Assembly: GCA_043228905.1 (NCBI GenBank)
Contig: JBHGNT010000003.1
Coordinates: 19,096,001-19,160,000, forward strand
Length of the DNA: 64,000 bases
Source of the DNA: Azolla caroliniana
Taxonomy: Eukaryota > Plantae > Polypodiophyta
Direction: 5' to 3'
Shown one piece after another: positions 26,683 through 38,466 of the stretch (its first letter is position 1; the number at the start of each line of letters is the position of its first letter). The notes under the pieces are model-generated. The model did not search any database and was not told the DNA's origin. It worked only from the letters and a program-made list of their open reading frames with translations. The position numbers were made by a program, and so were the translations under genes.

Positions 26683-27720
26683 ACATCTTCTAAGACCAAA
26701 ATTGGCCCATAAGACAATTAGTTTACAATTGGTCTCATGAAACCAAATTTGGCCCGTGAAACCAAAATGTATCCTAAAGGGGATTTTTTGCATAGCATGA
26801 GTCTTGTGTACAATAATAGATACATTACCGTCAATAAAATATAGACACTTATCCCTGATGTTAGTAATGTATCTTAATATCATGTTAACTACTTCCCAAT
26901 TTTTGTTACCACGGTTTGATAAGAATATCTTCACAACTCCCACTCCAAATGCAATGCACGACCTAGTTGCTATAATAAGTAGACATGAGATTGCCAACAA
27001 TAGATTGATAAGGAATTTTGCTCATGAATTCCTTTTCGAGATAGTGATGTTCACTCTTGTTGAGTTTTACATGTATAGATAGCAGTGTTCTCTAAGGTTT
27101 TGTAGTCTCCATACTAAACCTCTTGAGTATTTTGGATATATAATTAGACTATAGATAAATACAACAATTACTCTTGTAGTATCATATTTGGGCATTCACT
27201 CTTGTTAAGTATTTTGTAGTATCATATTTGGGCATTCACTCTTGTTGAGTTTTACATCTATAGATAGTGGTGTGCTCTAAGGTTTTGTAGTCTCCATACT
27301 AAACATCTTGAGTATTATGGATATATAATTAGACTGAGATAGATAAATGCAACATTTACTCTTGTTGTGAGTAATATACATACCAAGAATATGTTTTGCA
27401 TTTACCAAAAAAAGTTATGTCAAATTATAACATGTTATCTACATAGAGTATAAAAACCACATAAGTCCCATTTAGACATTTCTTCGAATAGAGATAAGAA
27501 ACCTCATTGCTTCTATTATAATCTTGTGATTCCATAATGGCATCAAAGTTTTGGTGCCACTTTCTAGGGAATTGATAATTCCATACAAGCTCTTCTTAAG
27601 CATATATTCCAAATGTACTTTTTCACGAACTCGATAAATCTCTAGTTTATTCCATATAGAGGCTCCTAATCAAGATCTCCATGTAAGAAAATAGTTTTAC
27701 ATCCATCTAAACCAACTCTA
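26680..27720 (-). pseudogene. Degraded Copia RT/RNase H remnant with internal duplications, flanked by (AG)n at 26636-26679
   Basis: IATRSCIAFGVGVV..WEVVNMILRY (TRPDIA..WxAVK.ILRY-like); ~180-bp duplicated block at ~27050 and ~27234. Confidence 0.6.
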
Positions 27721-27743
27721 AATAATTCTTAGAAACCAACGGA

Positions 27744-28440
27744 TAGGAATGGGCAATGGTTCGGTTTCGACTGAATGGGCATGAAAGCCTATAACAGTCA
27801 ACAACAGGTCGGTTCGAACTGAACCGAACCGTGAAACCGTGGCTTAACGACTTAACGGTTTAAATGGTTTGGTTCGTTTTGGTTCAGGTTCAAGTTTTTT
27901 TAAACGGCTTGGTTTCAATAGTTAGAAACCACAGTGCAGTTTAAACAGTTTCACGGTTTTTGTTTTTTGTTTTTCTTTTATATTTAAAAAAAATTAAAAT
28001 TTGTTTTTAAATAATCTTTTCATTTTCATGCCCTATTCTCACATTTTAAGAAAATCTTTAAATTTTTGAAATTTAAAAAATTTAAAAATTGAATTTTGAC
28101 CTAAGTTGAAAACCGACTCTGAAACATGAAACCGCGGTTTTAACGGTTTGTAAATTTTTAATGGTTTGGTTAAACGGTTTCGTGGTTTGGTTTGGTTCAA
28201 GTTTCAAATTTTTTAAACAGTTCAGTTTTGACACTCTCAAACCAAACCGTTGACGATTGTTAAAAGCAGATGCATTTTGTATTTGACATACGGTTTGTAA
28301 ATTTTTAATGGTTTGGTTAAACGGTTTCGTGGTTTGGTTTGGTTCAAGTTTCAAAAATTTTAAACAGTTCGGTTTTGACACTCTCAAACCAAACCGTTGA
28401 CGATTGTTAAAAGCAGATGCATTTTGTATTTGACATGCCA
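27744..28440. mobile_element. One-ended hAT-type MITE/non-autonomous fragment with a 147-bp tandem duplication (28143-28436)
   Basis: Starts taggaatgggcaatggttcgg (same terminus family as 2433); dense aaaccg/cggttt motifs; second TIR not seen. Confidence 0.55.
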
Positions 28441-31145
28441 TGACCAAAGAATCATCTTACTTCTTATATGAAGTTAACTTTTAAGGGAAACCGACTCTCG
28501 AGTCTCAAGCCTAACCATGTGATTTGCAAATGGAATTGACTAGTAAATTTGAATGTTCAAGAGTGTTACTATTCAATATTAAATTTGAGTATTCGCATGG
28601 TGTTTATGAGAGAAATGTTTGTTAGGATTTAACTTTTTGTTGAAAAAAGACTCAAATATGAGCCATAAACTGAAAAATGTTTTAATGGCAAGATATGCAA
28701 AGTCAAAGAAACTCCTTGGTTAGTAATATCCAATCACCCCATGTCACGTCAATGATAATGTTACTTAGGTTGTATAGGGCAATGGCCTACATTGGGTCCA
28801 AAGAGATGAGCTCATGTAGCATGTATATATCGAGAAAACAATTCTCTAGGAAAGACAAAATGAGAATTATAATATCATGCCATGCACAAACAATATGATG
28901 TGGGAGGAATTAAATAGAATCGAATGAGAATAAATTATAGGAAATTTATTGTGGATCTAGTTACATAGAAACAAAGTAGAGTAAATTATAGCTTAAGCGA
29001 CATGAATTATGAGGTAGGTGTAATTTGTTGGTGTAAGAACACTAGTAGTATGTGGATATGTATAAATTTAGATGAATAATTAGTATGGGCATTGGTCAAT
29101 ATAGTTTCCACGAAGGTAGCAGCTGCATATGATGTATGAATGGCACATCCAAGATGTCTTGTCTTCTCGCACGCCACTTGAGTGTAGTGGCCACAATGCT
29201 TCCTAACAACACAAGTGTTGGTTTGGTAGTTATAACTGTGGTTCTCAGAGATCCAACCTTGCACTCATTGACTAGGTGTTGCAAGGGCTCCAATGCTAGT
29301 CCAATACCAATATAGATTCTTACCATAAGGACCACTAGAGTGGATGAGTGAGCCTGAACAACCACCTTGGGTTTTATCTTGGCTTTTGGCATATTGGTTA
29401 GCATAGTTTGGTAATGTGTCACCCCACAATAGAAGTGGAATGCCTTAGGATTGCCGCTCCATATTGTGTGCATTTAGAAACTTGTCCTTTATAGATTGGG
29501 CCAGTCCATTGGTGGAACAATTCATCAACACAAATAGAGGAGTGAGTAATGCATAATTAATAAAGCCATGGTGTTTGTTCTTCATCATATTAAGTGGTAG
29601 TTCAATAATGACTTCAAACTATTATGACAAGAGTCCTATGCTGTTTGTATTATTTTTGGATGATATGTAATATTATAGAGAAAGAGGGAGACACATATTG
29701 TTTGATAGATAATAATGGAAAGGAGTTCATTCGTCCATGTGATGCTACAAACAACTTAGCCTAATCATCATTGTCAAATACATAAAAAAATCCACATCTC
29801 ATATATTAATATGCAAGTTGGAAATAACTTAAGTATGAAATTATATTCTCAAACAAGAGAACCATATTATATTGTCAAGGATTTTATAATAACGCTATGA
29901 TTTTATAATAACACAAATAAAGCCATTCATATGTATATAAGAGAGATTGAAAACTCATTTATGATTTTCACTCTTTCTATGATTTGCTTCTTGCATTGCT
30001 AAAACTCATTTATTTGTGACATTAAACATGACATTTAACGAGACATAGAAGCATTGCATATAGCAATAGACGATGTATTGTCCTTCAGCAACATTAAGAC
30101 CTTGTTCTATAGTAGTGTAAAAACACATGATTGGTATAATTTTCTTAAATTTCTATTCATTGCCTTCATGGATATATATATATATATCTATATATCACAT
30201 TTTGACGATAATTCATAAACAATGTGTAACCAAAAAATGTTTTCATGTACAATATAGAGTATGTGTGTCTAATGTAGAAAGCATTCCCTATGCCTTTTTG
30301 ACATCCAAGTGCATATTTTGATTCAGCTCATTAATGAGATTACAGCTAATACCCGACAAATGTTTTGAGTGGAAAGATTCATCTGTGTATAAAACATAAA
30401 ACAAGCTTGTGCTTCAAAGATCATATACAACAACTCACCAAATGCAGGTGATAACACTAGTGGGCACTCACATATGTTGAGAGAGGAACAAGGTCACTAG
30501 TATAATATGCAAACCTCATTGGATTGGGTTGATTTATGGCAAATAACACACCCACATGTTCTTGGCTTTACCTTTCATCACACCACCCACTCCGCATACT
30601 ATGCAAGGCTTGATAGATGGTATTTGTTGCATGCTAGTCAGTATGAAAATTTCACATGTACAATGCATATAGATCATGCTTTGTAGTTGTCAAATCATGC
30701 TCCTGTCTGGCTAGACCTTGATTTTGGGAATCATTCCTATGAAGTGCATCTCCAAAGGAAGAGACTTATGCTCATTAACAACAACTACCTCAAGCATGAA
30801 CTCTTCAAGAGGATGGTCTACGACATAATACCTCCTCTTTATGTAGAAGTCAACATAGATGTTGATATAGCATGGGCACATTTTGTATATAGATTACAAA
30901 CAATAATACAAGAGTATGGGAAATGGTATGTTTCAAGACAGAGAGATTACACTCAACAAGCCAAATTTACTTGTCAAACCCTAACGGAGTTAGCACATAG
31001 AAGATCTTTGACTTTACATGAAGAGGATGCATTGTGTATGGCCAAACACACATTGATGCTACATGACAAAAATAAATTCGAAACATGGCAAGTTAGGTCA
31101 AGACAAATTCCATTTAAAGACAAAGGTTGCACCCAATACGCCAAA

Positions 31146-34100
31146 AACACGTTCGCGTTCACAAGTGGAAGGATAAGGAATATTCTGTTTGATTTTGGGG
31201 TTTTTTTGCCATTTCACAAAACACCTTGATACCAGTATAACATGTTCTCAAAAACTTGATGAAAAAGCTAAAATTTTCACCATTTGGTAAAATTGAAAAA
31301 TGCCAAAATTTGGCCAAATACGAAAAGTAACTTTGTGTATTTTTAAGGAGAAATTACAACTAGTAGTATTTTAGATCCTAACGAAATCATAAGCAAAAGA
31401 TTTCAAAAAAATCAACTTTTTTATTTTAATTCGATAAAATATTGTCTAAATTTCTTACATATCATTGCACAAAAAATACATTTAAGAGTTATTTGCATCA
31501 CTATCATCAATCCTTTCTTGAGAATCACCATTATAGCTAATATACAATTGTGACTCTTCCTCCTCATTTTGCAAATGTACCAATCATATCATTGTTTAAT
31601 CACTAAATGGTGTCTCCAAATTGTGTGCACTAAATCTTGTTCGCCTTCAATTTGAGATATCTTCTAGTTTTGGTAATATCTTTTTTATTATGTCTATCAT
31701 TGTCATCCTTCAACATCCAACTTTTGTCAGTGTAAAGTCATATACAATGATATCCACCTCACTAATGTCAATGATAGATGTATTACAAAAGTTTAATGCA
31801 TCACCACGTCCAAAACTTTACCAATGCCGAATTGGTGCCCTAGGTCATGGCTATCTACATGTGTAGCTATTAATATCCCCACCTTGAGTTCTTGCAAGTT
31901 TCCTTGTCACCTGAGTTATGCTCGTGTTATCATCCTTAGTTCCACATAAATGTTTCTCTTCTGTAGATGAACCAAACTATGAAAATCAACATTAAGTGCT
32001 TGATGTGGTGATTAAGAACCACAAGAATATTTTATACACCACGTAAATGGCATTTGCAAGGTTGAATTACCATCAACACAATTCTTAATGGTTTTTTGTT
32101 AATCAATGAAGCACATGTTTACCATAAGGTGTCTTGTTGTGCAACATACTTGTTTGCAGTATTGATATGCATCTTTTTCTCTTGTAAAAACAGAGATTTT
32201 AGTACAATTTGAGTTCATGTAAACCCCAAACCTCTTTTATTTAAATAAAAAGATGATTTCTAAACATGAACTCCATACATTATATCTAGTTGATGTAAAA
32301 AATAGAGTTTTGATCACAATTACATACAATGTATCATATTCATGTTCAAACTGTTTTTCTCAGATTTAAAAAAATAAAAAAATAAAACAATTGAGCTTGA
32401 GTTGATGAAAAAACCAGTTTTTTCACCACAATTCAATACAATATATAGATTTCATGTTTAAAGTAATTTTTTCAAATTTTTTTGGAAAAAAAACTTTAAA
32501 CATGAATTCGATACATTGTATCGACTTGTGATGAAAACTCTAGTTTTTCCATCACTTTAAAAAAATAAATAAAAAGAATACAAAAATACCCAAAATAGAT
32601 AGAAAATAATAATAAAAACTTTAAACATGAACTCGATACAGTGTATCGAGTTCGCTGTCGAGTTTGTGTTTAAAAACAAAGTTTTCATGTTGAAAAACTT
32701 AGCTTTTTGACAGACATGAAGTCGATACAATGTATCGAGTTTGTGTTTAAAACATTTAAACATGAACTCGATACGCCGTATGAAATTCATGTTGAAAAGT
32801 CAACTTTTTGACACGAACTCGATACAATGTAAAGAGTTTATGTTGAAAAACAAAGTTTTCAAGACCAACTCGATACATTATATCGAGTTCGTGTTGAAAA
32901 GCTAACTTTTTCACATGAATTCGATACAATGTATTGAGTTCATGTTTAAAGTTTTTTGGGGGGGTTTAAAAAAAACAAATTTGATTTTTTTCTATTTATT
33001 TTGGGCCCTTTTAGTTATTTTTTTAAAAAAAAGTTGAAATGATAAAAAAACTAGAGTTTTCATTATAAGTCAATACAATGTATCGAATTCATGTTTAAGT
33101 TTTTTTTCCAAAAAAAAAACCAAAAAATTAAAAAAAATCAAAACAAAATTAAAAATATTTGAAAAAAAATTGAAAAAAATTACTTTAAACATGAACTAGC
33201 TACATTGTACTGAATTGTGGTGAAATATCTGGGTTTTTCATCAAGTCAAGTTCGATTTTTTTATTTTTTTTAATTCGGGGAAAAAAACTTTCAACATAAA
33301 TTTGATACATTGTATGGAATTGTGATGAAAACTCTATTTTTTACATCAACTCAATACAATGTGTGGAGTTCATGTTTAGAAAATCTTTTTTTTTTTCAAA
33401 TAAAAGAGGTTTAGGGTTTTTACATGAACTCGAATTGTACTAAAATATCTGTTTTGACAAGAGTGAAAGATGCATATCAATGTTGTAGAGAATTATGTTG
33501 CACAACAAGATACCTTATGGTGAACATGTGCTTCCTTGATTAACAAAAAACTATTAATAATTGTGTTGACGGTAATTGAACCTTGCAAATGCCATTTACT
33601 TCACAAATTTTGTAGAGGAGCTCTCAAAATGAAGAAGAGGAGAGCATTGTGGATACCTTGATAAGTATGTGATATGTTCAAATTGATATATTAATGTTTA
33701 CATCTAAGTTTGGGAATTTTGACAGTTTATGAATATCATCTACATTTTAGGAGTTATGGATTTATCAAAATTGTTTATGAATATTGTATACATTTCTTGA
33801 GTTGTGAATTTATGGATGTTAATGAGCACTAAATTTATAGATGATGGAATTAAGGATTACAATGTTACCTCTTATACTTAAAACATTTTCAAGTCTAACA
33901 ATAGATGTAACTTCCACTTCTGGAACCTACATCTTCTCAAGATGGTGAAACCATTAATCTTAACTTGTGTGTTAACCATTATGATTTTCTTTAAGTTAAC
34001 TACATTTCATATTTGTAAACCATCAACGTTTAAGCATTTATTGAAAAACTATTCAATTTTAAAAATAATCATTTTGAAACTTGTTAAATCTCAAAAAAGT

Positions 34101-34234
34101 AACAAATTTTACATGTTATTTAAAACATGTGATCCTTGTGCATCAAGTTTTTGAAAATCGCCTAAAATCGTAAGATTATAAAAGGAATGTATAATTGGAA
34201 TGTGTGTCCTTCCACTTGTGAACGCAAATGTGTT
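31146..34234 (-). mobile_element. Internally deleted TIR DNA transposon of unclear superfamily
   Basis: 28-bp TIRs aacacgttcgcgttcacaagtggaagga / tccttccacttgtgaacgcaaatgtgtt (26/28 match); flanked by caaa on both sides; degenerate coding remnant on the minus strand at ~31560-31960. Confidence 0.75.
32043..33599. mobile_element. Foldback element (~1.55-kb near-palindrome) containing ~14 copies of a 31-bp palindrome
   Basis: gtaaatggcatttgcaagg... at 32043 is the reverse complement of ...ccttgcaaatgccatttac at 33599; the symmetry extends inward for hundreds of bp. Confidence 0.85.
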
Positions 34235-37148
34235 CAAAGGGAATCCATTAAATTCATCAAAACTGGTAATGGTTTGTGGACTACAAACCTACTTGAACTA
34301 GCCAAGGAATGTGTAACTCACTTCTCTCACATCTTTGAGAACAATGGCATTGTTATAGATGTAGTTAAACAAGCTAGAGATACATTCTTGTCACTAGTTC
34401 AACCCACTATTTGTGTTGATAAAGCTATTGCTTTGGATGCAGCATTCACAATGGAGGAGCTCTTGGAGGCTCGAAAGAGCCTTGGGAAAGGCAAAGCCCC
34501 TGGTTGGCATGGTATTACGTTAGAGTTCATTACAGAATTTTGGGATGCTCTTAAGGATTTAATCCTATCTATGGCAAATAATGCTTGGCAACAATGGGAT
34601 ATGTCGATCTCATGGAAAGAAGGTTTGGTCAAATTAATACGCAAAAAGAAACTGTGTGAATCTTTTTCAGATTGGCGACCAATCACTCTCATGCCAGTGA
34701 TATACAAATTTATTGCAAAGACAATTGCTAATCGTATTAAGGACACTTTGTTGGGATGCATACACGTAAACTAGTATGGGTTCATTCCTCGAAGGAAAAT
34801 TACAGATAATATTGCTAATGCTTATATTGTAATGGAGTATGCCAACTACACCAAGCAAGATGTATTGCTCATGCAAATTGATATTGAAAAGGTCTTTGAA
34901 ACCATCCAATGGGATTTTGTAGCAGCCACAATGGTCAAACTAGGATTTGGTCCGAAAATGTCTCAAGTAATCTATTGGCTTTATGGGTTTAGCACATCTT
35001 CATGCATTATTGAGGGTGAATTGACAAATTCATGGAGCTTAGGGAAATCAGTATGACAAGGTTGTCCTGTAAGTGCATTGTTGTATGCAATCGCAACTCA
35101 TCCACTACCATTGTACATGGATCATCTAGTATCAATTGCTCAACTTCATGGTTTGCAAATGAAAGATGAACATGATTTCGTGGCCCAAGCATATGCAGAT
35201 GATACATCATTCCTATCACAAAACAATCCAAATGATATGAGGGTGATTATGGATGCCCTCAAATTGTATGGATTGGTTGTTGGATTGCATGTTAACTTCA
35301 ACAAGTCCAAACTTCTACCCTTGACGCTATATAGTTGGCATCAACTTCTGTGGCCAGGTCAGGTTGTTAGCCCAAATGAAATGGTTAGACATCTTGGCTA
35401 TCCATTGGGATAGAATGCAACAGGGAAAAGAAAGGCTGAATGGGTTCTGCAAAAAGTGAGACAAAAGCTAAGCTATTGGAAGATTACAACATGGCCACTC
35501 CATGTCAGATTGAGGATAGTGCAAACAATATTCATGGCTTATATGAAATATTACTTAATTATGATTGATCGGCCCAAACACATGATATAAAAGATTAACT
35601 CAGAAATCATAAGCAACTTTTGGTGCTCTAGGCAGTCGCATAGAGGTATACGACTTTTATCACTAGAGAAGATATGCACTCCACGATTGAGTGGACGGCT
35701 AAATTTTCTTAATTTGCATTTGCATACGTTGGCTAGAAAAGCTACTTTATTGCTGAAATTTGCTGAAAAAACATTGCCTTGGGAAAGAATGCTATCTGAT
35801 ATGTTTGATCATTTGAAAACTAAGTCATTTGGCTCATGGGAAACTAATCATTGGGATGTAGTATTTGGAAAGCTTGATAGGCAAATCAAAGGTTGTCTGT
35901 TTAGCTCAAAGCTTCTAAAGCACTGGAAGGACGTATTGCACCACATAAAATGGAGAGGTAGGAATTCAGAATCAAGGAACTGTTTACGCCTCGAAAGCTT
36001 ACACTGGAGTGCTATATTCCCACCATCATTAGCTGAACAAGAGCTTAGGAAAGCTTATTTTTTAGCAAAGAAGGGGCTGAAATCAATTGCAGATGTGGTA
36101 AATAACTAAGGTCCCTTATTGCACTTCAATGACATGACATGTCGTTATAGTCTTGGGCCACATCATCACGTTATCTAGAATCAAGTCACAGAGTTGGTAC
36201 TTTCCTTTGTACCTATGCCACCTCTAGATGGAGACTGTAGGATTTAGGATTGGATGTTACAAAAAGGGGACATTGTTATTCCAATGCATAACATTACAAC
36301 ACATTTGGTGTATATTATGTTGTTGCAACCTGTCCCATGGTTTCACGAACATGCAAATGCATAATGGAACCTACACAAAACGCAATCGTGGTGGAAAAAT
36401 AGGGTTACAAGCTTATGGAGCTTTGGTCTTCCACTTAAGCAACGGGTATTCCTATGGAGATGCTTATTGGGTGTGCTCCCGATTGGGTCGAATCTTCAAA
36501 AGAGATCGATAGCCTCGCCACATTGTGCAAGATGTGGTGGACGATTGGAAACGGTCCCACAGTTATTATGGACTTCCTCATTCACAACATTTGTACAAAG
36601 ACTAAGTGCATCTCTTTATCACAGATTTCCTGGCCAAAGGTTTGGTAAACACTTTTGGATATTTGGACAAATTCCATGCACCCTATCCGACAATGCCTAT
36701 TTTCTCCAATGGACACAATTTTGGGCACTTTGGACCATTTGGACAGCCCGCAATAATAAGGTCTTCGATCAAAACCAACTGCATGAAGTTAGCTTCTTTA
36801 AGCAATCCCTCAGGCAATCTCTATTTGATTGTCTGCAACTTAGAGATATCACACTCCAAATTTACAACCTTTTTTGTTGAGTGCTTTTAAGCTCTTTAGT
36901 GTCTAATTGACACTTGTATATTTTTCTTTATTCTTTGTGGGTTTTCACCTCACTTTGAGGTTTCGCACTAGTAATAACAGTGTTACTAAAAAAAAAGCAA
37001 AGATCATATACAAAATGATCAATGGTAGACAGATGAACCCATAAAGGTTGCATGCACTACCTCTCCAAGTATTTGCGACATGTATGTGAAGGTTCACCTC
37101 TTAAGTGGACACTCGAAGAAGCAAACACAATGTAAGAGGAAGTTCTTT

Positions 37149-37550
37149 ATGGTAAAGGGACTTTCTTCCAACTTTTTTTTTCTTTTTTCCAAACAAAATG
37201 TTACCCATTATTAGTTAGGGAGAAATACAAGAGGTATCATACGTACAAGAGCTAGGACTCATATAGAGCTTCGTGGCTTCAATTAACTCTAAAAACGTAA
37301 AGCCGAAAGTGATCCTTCTACAATCCAGGGACAGTGGGGGGATGTCACATGGTAAAGGGACTTTCTTCCAACTTTTTTTTTCTTTTTTCCAAACAAAATG
37401 TTACCCATTATTAGTTAGGGAGAAATACAAGAGGTATCATACGTACAAGAGCTAGGACTCATATAGAGCTTCGTGGCTTCAATTAACTCTAAAAACGTAA
37501 AGCCGAAAGTGATCCTTCTACAATCCAGGGACAGTGGGGGGATGTCACAT
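37149..37550. repeat. Apparently perfect 200-bp tandem duplication
   Basis: 37149-37348 and 37349-37548 read identical; short atgg homology at the junctions. Confidence 0.92.
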
Positions 37551-38280
37551 GGGGGAAGTCCTCGGTGGGAAGAGCCATTTCAATGGGAGGTAAAACCATT
37601 GTATGTTGCCGCAGTGCAATCACAACATCAACATTCCACTCCATTTCAGAAAGAAGGTTGCCCATGCCTTGGGTGTTGAGTCTTTTTCGCCTTGAATATC
37701 TTCATATGACCCACCAAGGAAGGTGATGAGGTGATTCCCAAGTTCCATGATTACATTTGTTTGTAGGATGGGCTTCCCTTGGAAGATCTTGCTGCAATAG
37801 TGCTTCCATGTTTGCCATGTTGTTACTAGTTAGTCTTGCAAGTGTGGTTCGCAATGACTTTAGCTCTATTGATATTTTTTGGGACCAAGATGGAGAATCA
37901 GTCATTCTAATAGTTCCTTGCTCTAGTTGCATAAAGGGGCTTCATTCGTTGAATTGGAGAAACCATGAGTCCTAGTCCACCGTGAGCCATTGGGCTGCCA
38001 CCCACGAGACCTCTTCGTAACCTCCATTGTGAGCTACTATCTGTAAACTTCGCTTCCATATTTCTTGTACATGTTTACAAGACCATAAGAAGTGCTAAGA
38101 TGATCCAATCGCGTCAGACTCTCTTCCAACTTTCACACAAAAATTTACTATAAATAACTATGAGTGCTTGGTTGCAAATTTCTTATAGAATTCAAACAAG
38201 AATATTCAAATAACACAAGAAGATGTGCTAAGACTAGAAAAATAACTTCACTCAAAATAAATTAACAATCGTCACTCCTC
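37550..38280 (-). mobile_element. Degraded 3' fragment of an L1-like LINE
   Basis: HFLWSCKHVQEIWKR (zf-RVT tail) and GSYEDIQGE..QWFYLPLKWLFPP, similar to 4914-5162. Confidence 0.6.
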
Positions 38281-38384
38281 AATGTTAGGGTGTTGATGGG
38301 GTGGTGGGGTGATGGCGGAGGTGTTGTGGAGTGGGGGTGGTGCCTAGAATGGCTCCACCCCCCTCCCCTCCCAAGGGGTTCAAC

Positions 38385-38463
<79 letters not shown>
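38385..38463. repeat. Compound (GT)n(GA)n microsatellite
   Basis: Read directly from the sequence. Confidence 0.95.

Positions 38464-38466
<3 letters not shown>

Larger units (their letters stand above)
30431..36997 (+). mobile_element. 5'-truncated L1-like LINE (ORF2 pseudogene), interrupted by a TIR element
   Basis: 16-bp TSD caaagatcatatacaa (30415-30430, 36998-37013); poly(A) at ~36988-36996; endonuclease (ARLDRWY, SNHAPV), RT (KAPG, WRPITL, DIEKVFE, YADD), zf-RVT (CARCG..ETV..LLW). Confidence 0.92.

Noticed and set aside
28700-29530. Possible old Copia RNase H tail plus LTR (tgttg..caaca)
   Set aside because: Too degenerate; no TSD or second LTR.
32265-33375. CRISPR-like array of 31-bp palindromic repeats
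   Set aside because: Spacers vary widely in length, are AT-rich and mirror each other; the repeats are degenerate; there are no cas genes; the context is eukaryotic TEs.
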